Assembly (NCBI RefSeq): GCF_037042905.1
Contig: NC_087245.1
Coordinates: 38,876,001-38,940,000, forward strand
Length of the DNA stretch: 64,000 bases
Source of the DNA: Lytechinus pictus
Taxonomy: Eukaryota
Direction: 5' to 3'
The notes under the pieces were generated by a model, which saw only the letters and a program-made list of their open reading frames with translations, did no database searches and had not been told where the DNA came from. Positions 42,277-55,403 of this stretch are shown here, piece by piece. The translations under genes were made by a program, and so were the position numbers. Position 1 is the stretch's first letter; the number at the start of each line of letters is the position of its first letter.

Positions 42277-42466
42277 CTGTAAACAAATTTTTCGGCATTA
42301 CTCCTATGTGTTTAAGATTGCATGCTCGATCTGTAATGAAAATCATTAGTCAGAAAAAATTGGAACCAGTGGAATTCGAACCTGGCATCTACTGCTTGCC
42401 GGGCAGCAAAACTCAACCACCAGGCTATTCTGGTTCACGGCTAAGTCACGATGAACTGGAATACAA
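42277..42466 (-). mobile_element. tRNA-derived SINE, family C, inserted in a CACT-type MITE
   Basis: Minus-strand A box TAGCCTGGTGG and B box GGTTCGAATTCC. 11-bp direct repeat TAAAACAAAAT at 42266-42276 and 42467-42477. Confidence 0.82.
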
Positions 42467-43464
42467 TAAAACAAAATTGCATGCAAAATGAATAGGGATT
42501 TTTCTTAAAACAACAGTCGGTCGATTCATATTCTAATCAACTGTGGGGTTGGTTAAAACATTTCTGAGAGTGTACAATTTGAAGCATTATTTTCTTTTTT
42601 TAAACAACATTTAGATTGTTGAACCATGTCAGTGTGCACACTTTGACTTCATTATTACTATAGGATATGAATCATTGAGAGTCTGGTGGGGGGGGGGGGC
42701 ATGGTGGTGATGATGATGATGACGAGGCAAGGGATCGCTCGCTGGCGTTCTACAACAGTGGCATGGGGACACAAAGTGAGTAATTAAGATCACTGATGAA
42801 TAGGCAAAGGTCAGCAAAGACTCAATGGAGATAGCATTATAATTAAGACCTGAATTATAGGCCTAGTTTCCATCTCCATCGACCCCCCCCCCTCCCTTCC
42901 TGGCCCACTGCATTATATTGTATTTTTCCTTTTCTCTGTCTCTTTCTTTTGAATTTGGAATCATCCATCTCCCTTCTCCTTCCATTTTTGTCTTGTAGGA
43001 CAACTGTCATCAATTTCCTCCATTGTTTGAACTGTTTTGACTCTGTAACCCCCCCCCCCCCTCCTCTTCATTCTCCTATACTTCTTATCATCCATCATGC
43101 TCTTCTTTCAGGTACAGGCAATCTCATCATTTTATGAAATTCTATCAATTCTTCCAACTTCTTCCTATAACTCCTCCCAGCCCTCTTCCTCTTCTCTTCT
43201 CTCTTTCTTCTCCTCCGTTTTCTCCATCCCCATATTTTGCCTTATTACTCTCCCTTTTATATATATTTTTTTGTCTTTCTCAGGTAATCTTTACCTGATT
43301 ACTTCCCTTTCTTTCTATCTATCCCTGCCCCTACCCTCTTCTCTTTGTTCTTCTCCTTATTATTCTTCTCCCTCCATTTGTTTGCCTTGTTATTCTCATC
43401 TACTATCATGTTTTTCTTTCTCTTTCTCTGGCAAATCTAATCATTTCATTCGAAATTATAGCAG

Positions 43465-43683
43465 TTGGTGGTGATTTTTTTTTTACCTGATTGCTAAGAA
43501 AGCATGAATGCTTGTAAGCAAGCAAGCAACCAGAGGACCGACGGCTTAAGGTCCTCTCCGAAAGACCTGGTACTGAGGATTAATGCCTTACCAAAGGGCA
43601 CTAGCGCACCAAGTGGGAATCGAACCCCCGGGTCACCGGAATACAAATCCCATGCTCTACCGACTGAGCTATCGTGCCTCCTC
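43465..43683 (-). mobile_element. tRNA-derived SINE, family A, second copy
   Basis: Reverse complement aligns over the full length with 29980-30190. A box TAGCTCAGTCGG, B box GGTTCGATTCC. Confidence 0.9.
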
Positions 43684-44236
43684 TCATTTTCCTTCTTAAT
43701 ACCCACCCCACCTCAGCCTTCCCTCCTCCCCCCTCTTTCTTTTTTCTTTGTTCATCTGTCTGTCTTTCTCTCTCTCTCATCCCCTTTCTCTTCCCCTCCC
43801 TCTCTGACCTCAGAATACACAGAATTGAAACAAGAAGATGGATTTTACACCATTTTCAATGACACTGGTAAAATTTCATCACGGTCCCAATTCATGAAAA
43901 ATTTCTCAGCCAATCGGATTGAAGGATTTCCCTAGCTTTTAACTGTTATTGCAAACTTGTTACTATAACAAGTTTTATGAAATGGGCTCGACCACACAGA
44001 TTATCCAGCGCCTGCAAGATAAACCCGCCAAGAATTGCATTCTGAACTTCAAATATTATTTGTTCAGGGAACACCCATTTCCAGGAGCCAACAGCGTTAA
44101 CAAATCACTTCCTTTCCTTTAAACCATCTGACCGACATGCTTGCTTGGATACCAACGAGAGACAAGATGATAAGGAAGGAAGGAGTCAGGAGGAAGAGGA
44201 ATAACAGTTTATCTGGTATCACTGGCATCTCCACTC

Positions 44237-44422
44237 TAGTCTGCATGCACAGACCTTTGGTTTTTTCGCAATTCGCATGGTGCATAATCCAGAGTCTGAA
44301 GTAGCGAGACTAGATTCACTTTGTACTCCGACATCACACACACAGAATTTGGTATCTAGTCTTCGATTTAGACATGGTATGATTCATTGAAGTATCAAAT
44401 ACAAGTCTGTGCTTGCAGACTA
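44237..44422. mobile_element. Short TAG...CTA inverted-repeat element
   Basis: TAGTCTGCATGCACAGAC / GTCTGTGCTTGCAGACTA (17 of 18 match). No target-site duplication seen. Confidence 0.45.
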
Positions 44423-45127
44423 GACTAGCACCACTCTCTGTTTGGTAGTACATGTACATTGTTTCAAGCCCTCGGGCACTCGCACATACCTAACTACATG
44501 CCATGTCCCAATTGATTTACAAAATTGACATGCATGCACTGCTCTTAAATGAGTGGATACGTACATTTCAAACACAGTCTGACAGTACATTTCTTTGATA
44601 TCACACAAATCCTCTCCCAACATTCAATACATTAACCTACTTAAACACAAGAATACAAATTATTTGGAAGAATGTATATGCTTTTCTAGGTTGATCTCGT
44701 GAGCAGGTGGTTTAAACGAAGCTGTATAGGACTGATTGGGTCACAATAGAAGTTATTCATAAAATGACACAATTCAACGCCTTTCCGGCTACAAAGGTCC
44801 GAGAGGTGTTTCGCAAAGATTTAAGTATGAATAGAAGTCACACTTAAATTTGTGCACTTTATTCATAGTTGCATGTTCTATATAAAATGCATCATCAAGC
44901 TGGTCAAAAGATGTTCAGCAGACACACACTACTGCATACCAATCGATTAAAGCGCATGTTAGGTATCATGAGTGCGTTGGCGCTAAGCATGAATTCAAGC
45001 CACACTTTGTTAAATCTTTGTTAAACACTTCCAAGATCAGACTTTACTCTTCAATACAATCCACACCCATCCCTTTAAACAAAAGAGAGGAGACAAAGTC
45101 CCCCAACGGTAAGAAACTATTTTACAT

Positions 45128-45640
45128 GTGAATGAATTTATTTTATCATCCAATGCAATGATAATAACAATTTACAAGTTTACAGCCAATCAGTTATGAA
45201 TACATAGAAAAGCAAGAATAGGAACCAGAAAATAGCATGAATGCTAGTCAAGCCTGGCCTCTTCTAGTTTAGGCAGATAGAAACATGTTTCTTAACTTGT
45301 TAGTTAAGAATGAACAATCGTGAGTCTACTTAATATACTCAATATCATATAAACAATGCCTACATAACATAATTTTAACAAAAACTCACACTATTTACAT
45401 ATGAAACATATATAGATAACAAAAATACCATATAGATGATAACAAAAATTCATTTTTCCAACAGATGTTCAACAACAGCTTTACGAAAACTTGACCTTGA
45501 TGGTTTCTTTCTGATTTCAATTGGTAGCTCATTCCAAGAAGTTGTGCCTACATAAGATAAACACTCTTTTCCCAAGCTTGTCCTAACCTTTGGTACATAC
45601 AGATTCTCATCTTCCTTTTGCCTTGTATAGTTATCTTAGT
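45128..45640 (-). pseudogene. CR1/L2-clade LINE 3' end: ORF2 C-terminus plus 3' UTR
   Basis: Minus strand NYTRQKEDENLYVPKVRTSLGKECLSYVGTTSWNELPIEIRKKPSRSSFRKAVVEHLLEK*, then a UTR hairpin (45220-45260) and AATAAA with a TTCA tail. Confidence 0.88.
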
Positions 45641-45672
45641 TAGATGTTAACATGTTGATAGTTAGGACACTG

Positions 45673-45808
45673 AGGGGACAGGTTTCATGAAACAAATAGC
45701 CAGTGATTTTCACTATTGTTATAAGCTACTGAAATCCTTGCATCTGATTGGCTAAGAGCAAATCAGTCAATGAAAATAACTGGCATAACTCCTCATGGAA
45801 TACTCCCA
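45673..45808. mobile_element. Short MITE family with a gttataagctactgaaat..tgattggct core; relics near 1015-1135, 13160-13285, 49230-49305
   Basis: Core recurs four times, with imperfect tttcatgaaa-type inverted ends. Confidence 0.65.
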
Positions 45809-48800
45809 AGGTTTACACCGGGTTCAGGGTTAAGTCTGAGGTTTGAAAATTTGGTTAGCATCTTCAAAAGGGAAGATGATGTCACTGCAATGTGTACCCA
45901 GAACCCTACGACCCCTGCTACCACCGTCCATCCCTGTTACACAATCCTCTGCAAATACAAGTCCGCTAACTTCAGGCGAGAGTGCCCATGCCTGCCTGTA
46001 CTACCGGACCCCGATTCTTGACTGAAGAAAGAGCCCTTATCTTGCGTGTACTGTTTGCAGAGGTGAAATCGGACCCGTGATGAATAGAAAAAACAGTGCG
46101 GAGAGAAAGACTGTGTGCTTTGGCGATGCGGGCAGTGTATCGGGGGCAGATGGCAGAAACAGGTGTAATCATTTCTACGAGATTAAAAGCAAAGTTACAT
46201 GAGACGGGTTACACGTCCTTCATCAACCTTTCCATACAGTATATAGATAGATAAAGCTGCATGGGTCAGACGATCCAGTTCAGATTCAAAGAAAACATGA
46301 CATCTGCACTTATTCATAAATGTGCTTGAATAAGTCTTAAATCAGTGGGCGTGCTGTGATCTGATGCTTCTCTCTTTCATCTTAACCCTTAACATGCCAC
46401 GGACACATTGCAATTGTATTTATTATCTACGCAATTGTAATAATTAATTTTCTCTTTAACGATGACAGTACAGGCTTTGCAAAACAATACTTCATGTGTT
46501 ATTTGGATTAATGTCCAGTCAATTACACCTGGCAAGGCTTCTCCATATTTTTCTAAACTTCTAAAAGAATATCCAATATATTTCTATAGAAATTATTGTG
46601 AAATAAATAAATTTGAATTTGAATTTGAATTGTGGCATGTTAACGACAACGACAAGATGACCAACACTTTTGGCAACCGCAAAAGACAAGACTACCCTTG
46701 CTCTACTTGAGTAGCATGATCTATCCACATCAATTGCAAGAAGGCTATTTGGGTAATAGAATACAGAGTTCTATATCCTGCATGTATGTCCCAGCTTTTT
46801 ACAAACATCCTAATTAAGGTGCGAAACCTGTCTAGACATTTTAATAACATATATTGTTAATTGCCTTGATATGTGCTTAATGAGGCCTTTTGACTCTTTC
46901 AGCAGACTTTTTTTGTTAAAGGTCTGATTTGACTGCATGATTTGCATCAAATTGGCAACAATATTCTTTTCGAGTTAAAATACAGTAGATTACAATGCCC
47001 ACCCTCTCTCTTATTTTGCATCTTCTCTATGATACTCTCCTTCCCTCCCCTCCCAATTACCCTTCCTCCCTTCCCCTTTCATTTCCCCTTCTCTATCTAT
47101 ACCCTCTCATCTCTCTTGATCCTTCTATCATTCTCACTCTCTCTCTCTCTCTTTCTCTCACTCTGTATCCCCCTTTCTACAGTATATACTTCAACTCCTT
47201 TCTCATTAATCTCTCCCTCTGCCTCTCACCCTCCCCCACCTCCTCTATCTCCCCCTCTCGCTCCGACTCATCCGCCCTCCCTCTTCATCTCTTGCTTTCC
47301 TCTAACCACCTATTTCACTGGAGCATGCATTGCTATGAATACACATCCATCAATGAATATAATAAATTACAACCTGGAAGTCGGCTGTATATCTGCTCCC
47401 CTCTCTCATATATACAGACCACCCCTTGAGATACCGTTACGGTGCCCACTTTAATTAACATTCCCCCGACAGTCCCGCCTTCTGGGTTGAGGTCACCAAC
47501 ATGGCATGGCAGCTGAATTAACGACCACGTCTCCCTCACCATTTCGGCCACTTTTCCCACAGATCTTATCCCTTCCCTCGTAGCTGCAGCAAGCAAATTA
47601 ATTATATATATATACATTCAATTTCAGAGGCAATGGGTGAACCCCAAAAAATGGTGGACCACGTCATACATCATGCAGGCTTTGTAAACTCAGTGGGCTT
47701 GTTGGGGGAAAAATCAATGTTTCATTCTAATTTTGTAAACCCATAAGATTGGATTCTATACTACAATAATGATTATGAACATATAATGTAGCATTGCATT
47801 TGCCACTTTACCACGTGGTGAATATTTGCAAGGGAGCTGAGGCCATGAAATTCCACCCACTTATCTGACGTATATATCTCATACATTGATATATATATAT
47901 TGCCATGGTCAAGAATCCTGCTACTTAACATACTTTTTATACACAAAGGGTACATACTAACTTGCAGTGAAATTACTTCTTTATATTTCTTTATGCCAAA
48001 AATTCACTATTGTGCACGCAAATTGCTTAAGGGCCCTTTTTGACGAAGATGCGCGCCAGTTATGCCTCACGCCAAAAGGGAGGAAACGTAAATACGCTTC
48101 GGTTACTTACGGCCCTTCTGGCATGTCTGGCGTAAATATGCTTTGGTTACAGCCCTTTTGGCATAAATATGCTTCACTCAATGCATATGCCGAAAGGCCC
48201 TTGACACGTTTTTTGCTCATAGCATGAACATTTCTCCACATTTTTCCAAAAATACAATACAATATCATGTAAAATGTAATAACTGAACATATATTGAAAT
48301 TGACCTCCAAAACGAAGTAATCATCATAAAAAAAATTACTACTTAAACAAGCCAAAACTTTAAATGCCATCATCTCAGAATGACAAAAAACATTTAAGGC
48401 CCTTTTGGCATAAGGCCGACGATATCATAACGTGTTATTGTAATGAAGATAAATTAACAAATTACATATTACAATAGAACATATAAATAATGAAAACGTG
48501 GGAGTCATTAAAAAGCAGACCTTATTTCATAATCCCCTATTGAAAATAAATTGGAGTAATCTAAATCATTGATAAAGTAGAGTAGGGTAATTATGACCAT
48601 TGATGAAAATGAAAAAAAAGGAAATTAATTAAATCTTAAAGAAAGAAGAAGAGAATATCATTTGTTGTAGACAGTAAAAATCATTTTTACAAATCTTACA
48701 TGTAAATTCACTACATTTAGATACACTTAACTCATATGATCATGATCCTTATCATGCATTTGCACACGGAATTGCAGATTGGAAAGGGTAATGCAAATCC

Positions 48801-51800
48801 TTAAGAATTAGTCGATGTCATATTCCGAAACCTTTGCTTGGCTATTTATACCCACGGGAAGTGACAAGCCGTACTTGCATAGCAGCTCGACTGGAGGCAG
48901 AAAATAAAGCATCTACATTTCTAATTAGCATAATGGGGGATTACAGCCCAGGCATACACTTTATCTAATTTAATTGCCCCATCCAATCTAATCAACAATA
49001 AAGGTCTCGTTTGCAGTGCTGACAGTACACCTTTCATACTGCAATGTTCAAAACCTGTCTGAAAATCTTTATTTCAGTCATAAAATAATGAATAGTTTGA
49101 AGCCAAAAGGTTTCAGAGTGTCTTTCTTTCTTTTTTTTCCAAAATCATGAGTTGACATTAATTTGGATGAGTTTGAACATAATTATCTCAGGTTTTAATT
49201 CGTTGAGTTTGTTATATATTAATGACATCTCACAAGCTCTTGTTGTAAGCTACTGAAATAGTGACATTTGATTGGCTGAGAAATTTTTCTGTAAAACAAG
49301 GCTCAGGAGAGGACTGTAAAGGGTGAATTTTTGTTTTGTGTTTTAAATGCCCATATATTTATTTCCCTATATGGCTGTTTATACACAAAAGGAAAAAAAA
49401 GAACATGAATTTAGCAACTTGTGCATGCAGAAAGAAACGTGTACAGTCATCACCCAAATTACGGACCTGTATACTTTCATTCTTACAATTTATGTAAAGT
49501 AGAGTAAAACTCCTCAAAATGAAAGCTGTCATGGTCATTGCTGTTAAATGAGAATATCATATAATATGGTTCGAGTGTGAATCATAACAAAAAATATAGT
49601 TGATTGCCTCAAACCATCAAATGAAACAAAAACAAAAACAAAAACAGGACAAATTGAAGTCAACGTGATTACCATTTAATGATATTTGTCTGAGAATTCT
49701 ATTTATGCGCACAAATGCAGGTGGAAGACAGATATTTTAACGAGAAATGTTAATAAAGAGATGAGAATGCTGCCTGTATAACCTTGCAATTATAATTATA
49801 CAAATGCATAAGTGGTAAGTCAAGGGAGAGGAGGGATATTGATGTCTTTGGTGCATGCCAGCTAATTACATGTTCCTGTCTGAACTTCCGGTGGAGAGAG
49901 AAGGAGAGAGCGGGGATAGAGCGATCAACGATGGGGGGAGAGAGGGGGAGAGAGAGCAGGAAAATGGAACAATGGATAGGAGAGGGAGGGGTAGCAGGAA
50001 GGAGAGGTATGGCAGAGACATCTATATCAAGAGAGAGAGAGAGATACAAAGAAAGGAAGCAAAAGAGGGAGGCTGGAATGGGATATGGGAGTGAGAGAGA
50101 GGGGGGGAGCTGGAAAGGGAAGGGAAGATATAGAAAGGGAAGATACACCAAGTAGAATAATGGAGATCTAATGATATGACAAATACAGTATAGAAGTGTT
50201 CTTTCATAAATGGACTGCAGATGGGTATATGGAATATCCAAAGATTAAATTTGCCAGAGATATGTCTGATATATATCGGTACATATACACATGTCGGATA
50301 GAATCAACGAAAAAGAGAATTCGTAAATTGATAACACGAAGCGAGGAAGAACAAAGCAGAAGAAATGGACATTTAAAGTGTTAAGATAGAAAAGGGAAGC
50401 GTATAGACTGAAATGGGCGAGGTTAACAAGCAAGAGAAATAGCAATGAAAAATGATGAAGGGAAATTGAGAGAGAGACAGAGAGAGAGGGACAGTAATGG
50501 TGTCCAGCATTTATTTGGGATCGCTTAAAACAGGACAAATTAAGGGCTGAGGGGGAAAGATATATATATCATAAGAAAGACACCAAGTATACCATTAATA
50601 GCCATAATGGCGGTGGTGTATGTCTGTTGGTATAGCGACAGCTGGAGTGCTCAGGCATGCACACATTCAAATGGGATGGTACTAATTAGGGTCTGCTTGC
50701 ATTCTCTCTCTGAATCGGACACCATGGTTCGACTCTTATTCGCAGCCACCTCTCACACTTTTAATCCTATCTTTGGTAGATGAGGATGCATTCTTAGAAT
50801 TGGATGAGTGGGTCTTTGTGTGTCATCCCATAGCAAATAAAATGAAATATTGACAGAATACAGAATGGTATACCTGAACTAGGGCATCTTATAATGATTA
50901 GTGCCTATTTGAAAAATGGAGTACTAAACAAAATTTAGTCAATGTGATACAGACAGGTTGGAGATTACATATCTTAGAAACTTGGTGTTACAAATGTACA
51001 ATATTTTTTTAGTTAACAAATTTTGAATGAAAAATCATTTGAATAAGTGCATATTGCATTTGAAATAGTTTTAAAACAATAGAAATGATCTTAACAATTT
51101 CATGTGACAAAGCTGTTTCTTTGTGTTTTCTATGGCAGAAAAAAGGTGTATTTTTTAAGTCTGAAATTAGACTTTAATCTGAATAGTAGTATTCCTGCAT
51201 TTTAGAAGGGTGGTGTTCGCAAAGATGTTTTTTTCTTTATGATTGTTGAAAATAAACAATTTTCCCATCTAAGATGTTTTACAAGCAGAAAGCAAAACGT
51301 TTATCTTTTCAAGATAATTAAGAATTAATTATCTGTTTATCTCACATGCAGCTGTATATAAACACAAAATTAAAAATGTATGGAACAAAACTGGTCCCTG
51401 TAAAAACAGAAATGTGTAATTATCTATGTCAATAACAACATTATACAATTACCAAAAAGTAAGTCACTTGATTGAATTTGAGCATATTTTTCAATTAACA
51501 AAACAGCTGAAGCAGAGGCATGTTTCTATTTTAATTTGTACGTGTTTACACAGTGTAGGGCACACATCTGCAGAAGGTCGGTCGAGCTTCATTCGGAGGA
51601 AAAATATCCAAGAATATAATTTTATTTTCTTACTGCCTTGCCTAGAATAATCATTGCTAACATCAGTCCTAAGTTAGTGTTTTGAAATTGTGCATAGAAA
51701 ATATATTGAATGTCAGAACACATATCTAAATTTCCTATATATCAAATCAATATTGATGATAATATTTATGTCAGCTTTACACGCACACAAAAATTCAATA

Positions 51801-52912
51801 TAGTTGGATCTAAGTAAAATAGTAAAAAAGACCAGAATTTTATCATACAAACACTTTGTCTTTGTCTATATATATATAGATCTGTGTCGGTGGGTGTGCG
51901 TGAGTGTGTTCATCAAAAGAACTTCATATTTTTATTTGCTTATTATTGCAGTCTTCTTTTTCATTTTCCTGAAATAACCCCTTACTCCCCTCCCACCTTC
52001 GTCTTGATTGGTCCTTCTTCTCTAATAATTCTCTCTCTACCCCTCGCCTTCTCAATTTTTATTCCCTTTTTATATTTAAATGTATTGTGGGCTTCTTTTT
52101 CATTTTTCCCCCACAGAATACCGGTACCCGTTTTAATCCCCTCCCCTTCCTCTTGACGATTCTATTTTTACCTAAAAACGCCCTCTCATCCTTTGTCCTT
52201 TTCCTGGTTTATTTGTTACAGGATTCTTTTTTATAACTTCCTCAGGATAATACTTTTATCCTGCCTGCCTTATGAATTTCTACTTATCTATTTTATGTTA
52301 CAACTCTCTCCCTCTCATTTCCTCCATTTCTCTTATTGGTTTTCATCACATGCTTCTTTTTCTTTTTCGTTTTTCCTCAGTATATACTTTACATATCCCT
52401 TTTACCTTCCCTCCCCCCTTTTCGTTTCAACATATCTATTTTACCTAACCAATCTCTTTACCCATCTCGCTTCCTCAATTTCTCTTCCTTAAACTTTCAA
52501 AAATGAGCTTCTTTTTCATTTTCCTTACTATATCCCCCCCTTTAACTCTCCCTGCCCCTTCCTCTCAACAACTCCATCCTATCTATCAACTCACCCTCTC
52601 CCCCTTTCTCAGTTCTTTTTATATGACAAAAAATCATTACCAACTTTTTTCATTTTTCATCAGTATGTACCCCTTTAACTCTCCCTGCTCCCTCCCTCTC
52701 TGATAATTTTACTCCTTCCCTTTCTCAGTTCTTTAATTCTTTTTTTTTATTTTCATTACTGACTTTTTCCCATTTTTAATCAGTGCATATACCCCCTAAC
52801 TCTCCCTTCCCCCTTTTCCTATTTTACTCTAATTCTTAGTTCTATTCCTTTTGTATATTTTTTCCTAAACTCCATAACCCCCTGCCCCCTTTCCCCTCAA
52901 CAATTCTACTCT

Positions 52913-53322
52913 ACAACCAACCAAACCAACCCCACCCCACTGCCCCCTTTCCTCTCAACAAATCCACCCTATATTCAATAACCAACCCTACCACCACCCC
53001 CACCACCACTGCCTCCTTTCCTCTTAACAAATCCACCCTATAACCACCAACCAAACCAACCCCACCCCACTGCCCTCTTTCCTCTTAACAAATCCACCCT
53101 ATATTCAATAACCAACCCTACCCCCACCCCCACCACCACTGCCCCCTTTCCTCTTAACAAATCCACCCTATAACCACCAACCGAACCAACCCAACCCCAC
53201 TGCCCCCCTTTTCTCTTAACAAATCCACCCTATAACCACCAACCAAACCAACCCCACCCCACTGCCCCCTTTCCTCTTAACAAATCCACCCTATAACCAC
53301 CAACCGAACCAACCCCACCCAC
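52913..53322. repeat. C-rich ~60-bp minisatellite with two unit variants
   Basis: Repeated ccactgcccc-tttcctcttaacaaatccaccctata core, about 6-7 units. Confidence 0.9.
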
Positions 53323-53570
53323 CCATTCCTTCCTGTCTTTATCTCGTCTCTGCCTTCGTCCCATTTCTTTAGGGTGTCCCCAAACATTACAGCCAGATCC
53401 ATATTCAATTTGGCAATACTGCGGTGATGCAGCAGGGAAGCGGTCACTCAAGTGCAAAGAAAGAGGTCCAGATTAGATGAGTGCTTCCTAGGAGAAATAC
53501 CACTTCACGAAATGGGTTTAAAGGGTCACGTTCACCGACATGAAAATCATGTGACATCTTCCAAATTCTA

Positions 53571-53801
53571 CACTCTATATTGCAGGGATTTAAAATAAAT
53601 CCAGTTGGACTGTATTAAGGGACCAATCTAATTCTGGATTTAGTTTGAAACCTTAAAAAATCATTTCCAAATCTTGAGGGATTTAATTTTTTGCATGTGA
53701 TTCAAATCCTTCAAGATTAAAAAAATCAATCTTTAAGTTTAAAACTAAATCCATAACCAAAGTAAATTTGGATTAATTTTAAATCCCTGCAATTTAGAGT
53801 G
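53571..53801. mobile_element. TA-flanked CACT...AGTG MITE
   Basis: TA|CACTCTATATTGCAGGGATTTAAAAT ... ATTTTAAATCCCTGCAATTTAGAGTG|TA, one mismatch in 26 bp. Confidence 0.85.
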
Positions 53802-54819
53802 TAAATGATGATAAACAAAATGATAAATCAGCAAATGAAAGGTTGGAGTGGCCTCCTTTTACCAAATGTTACATCCAGCCTTGCTTTATGCTGAATCCAA
53901 CAATACAAGTTTTGGATCGAACCAATTAAAGTGGTAAATGCAACATTTGGAAAAGGTTGTCAATCCAACAACCTTTCAATTGCTGATGTAACATGTCTTT
54001 TTTGTTGTTGTTTTGCTTATTTTCCAATTTTTATTGATTAAAAGAAAAGAGTTGGCATGAATCTTGCCATCGTAGTTGTGCTGACCAAATAGGAAATTTT
54101 GTTGACATGATTTGATTAAACTTGGGCACACAATCAATTTATTGATATTTTTTCTAATTAAATGGTATTGTCTTAAAGCGTTTCAAATCATTACAGATCT
54201 CCAAGGTGATTTGAGTAATCTGACAATATTTCACTCAAGCAATAAATGGACACCTTAGCAATTATCTATTTTCTTCAAAACTAATTTTGAAGATACTTTA
54301 GAAGAATAAGATGTCCAAGACAAAATCATGTTAAAAAGTCCTTTTCAATTTATCTTAGAATATCCCCTTTTCTTAAAATCTTCAAGGCAAAATAAAAATG
54401 AGCATACATGTACTTTAAATAATTACATGATGTAGTGGAGAGTATGAAATTAAAAAATAATCTGATGGGTAACCAGTACATACAGGCCCACTTAAAGAGA
54501 ACAATTAACTTTGTCAAAAGTAAAAAAAAAAATACATGAATAAATAAACATCTGACAGAATTAGAGAACTACCATATTTTTTAATGATGCATATGCAACA
54601 ATGTCTCAATGTGCGACGAAACGGAAAGAGTTAGCTCCCTAAAAAGTAGAAAGGAATTGAGGTTTGCCGTGCATCTTGCTTGAGAGCCTCAAGTGGGCAC
54701 AGCATGTGCATGAGATGCTGCAATCTGCCTGCAATGCATACAAAGATTATGCTTATTGGAAGAATTCTTAGTGGTTTGTTACCTGGTATGCTTAAGATTC
54801 AATAAAGTGTATATCTTAA

Positions 54820-55403
54820 AGGGGAATGAAACCCTGGGAACAAATGGGTTTGTGTGGAAAGAGAAAAATCAAAGAATAAGATCAAAGAAAGTTTGAGAAA
54901 GATCGGACAAATAATGAGAACATTATGAGCATTTGAATATGGCGATCACTAATGCTATGTAGATCCTCACATTGGCAATGCGACAGATATGTGTGATGTC
55001 ACATGTGAACAACTTTCCCTTTGATGGATTATGAAATACCCCCAAAATGTCTCTTTTTGCTCTTTCTTATGGTGATACAAACTCTTTATCCATAATATAT
55101 TCTTTGAAAATCTGTATTACAAGCCCTCCTATAGAAAGAATTAATGATCTACTGATAGATGTGATAAAAGAGGCATTTTAAGTGAAATATATACAAAAGC
55201 AATGGGAAAGTTGTTCACATGTGATATCACACATCTTTGTCGCACTGCCAATGGGAGGATCTACATTACAATAATGATCTAAACTTCAAATGCTCATTAC
55301 TTTCTTATTATTCATTCATTTTTTCTCAAACTTTCATTGATCTGTTTCTTTGATTTTTTCTGTTTTCACACAAGCTATCTTGTTCCAAAGGTTTCATTTT
55401 CCT
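54820..55403 (+). mobile_element. 584-bp long-TIR MITE (Kolobok/T2-type), copy 2
   Basis: TTAA at 54816-54819 and 55404-55407. Aligns with copy 1. Confidence 0.92.

Noticed and set aside
48020..48425. Repeated cccttttggcat motifs in both orientations
   Set aside because: Probably subterminal repeats of a truncated DNA transposon. No matching second end or TSD was found, so it was not called.
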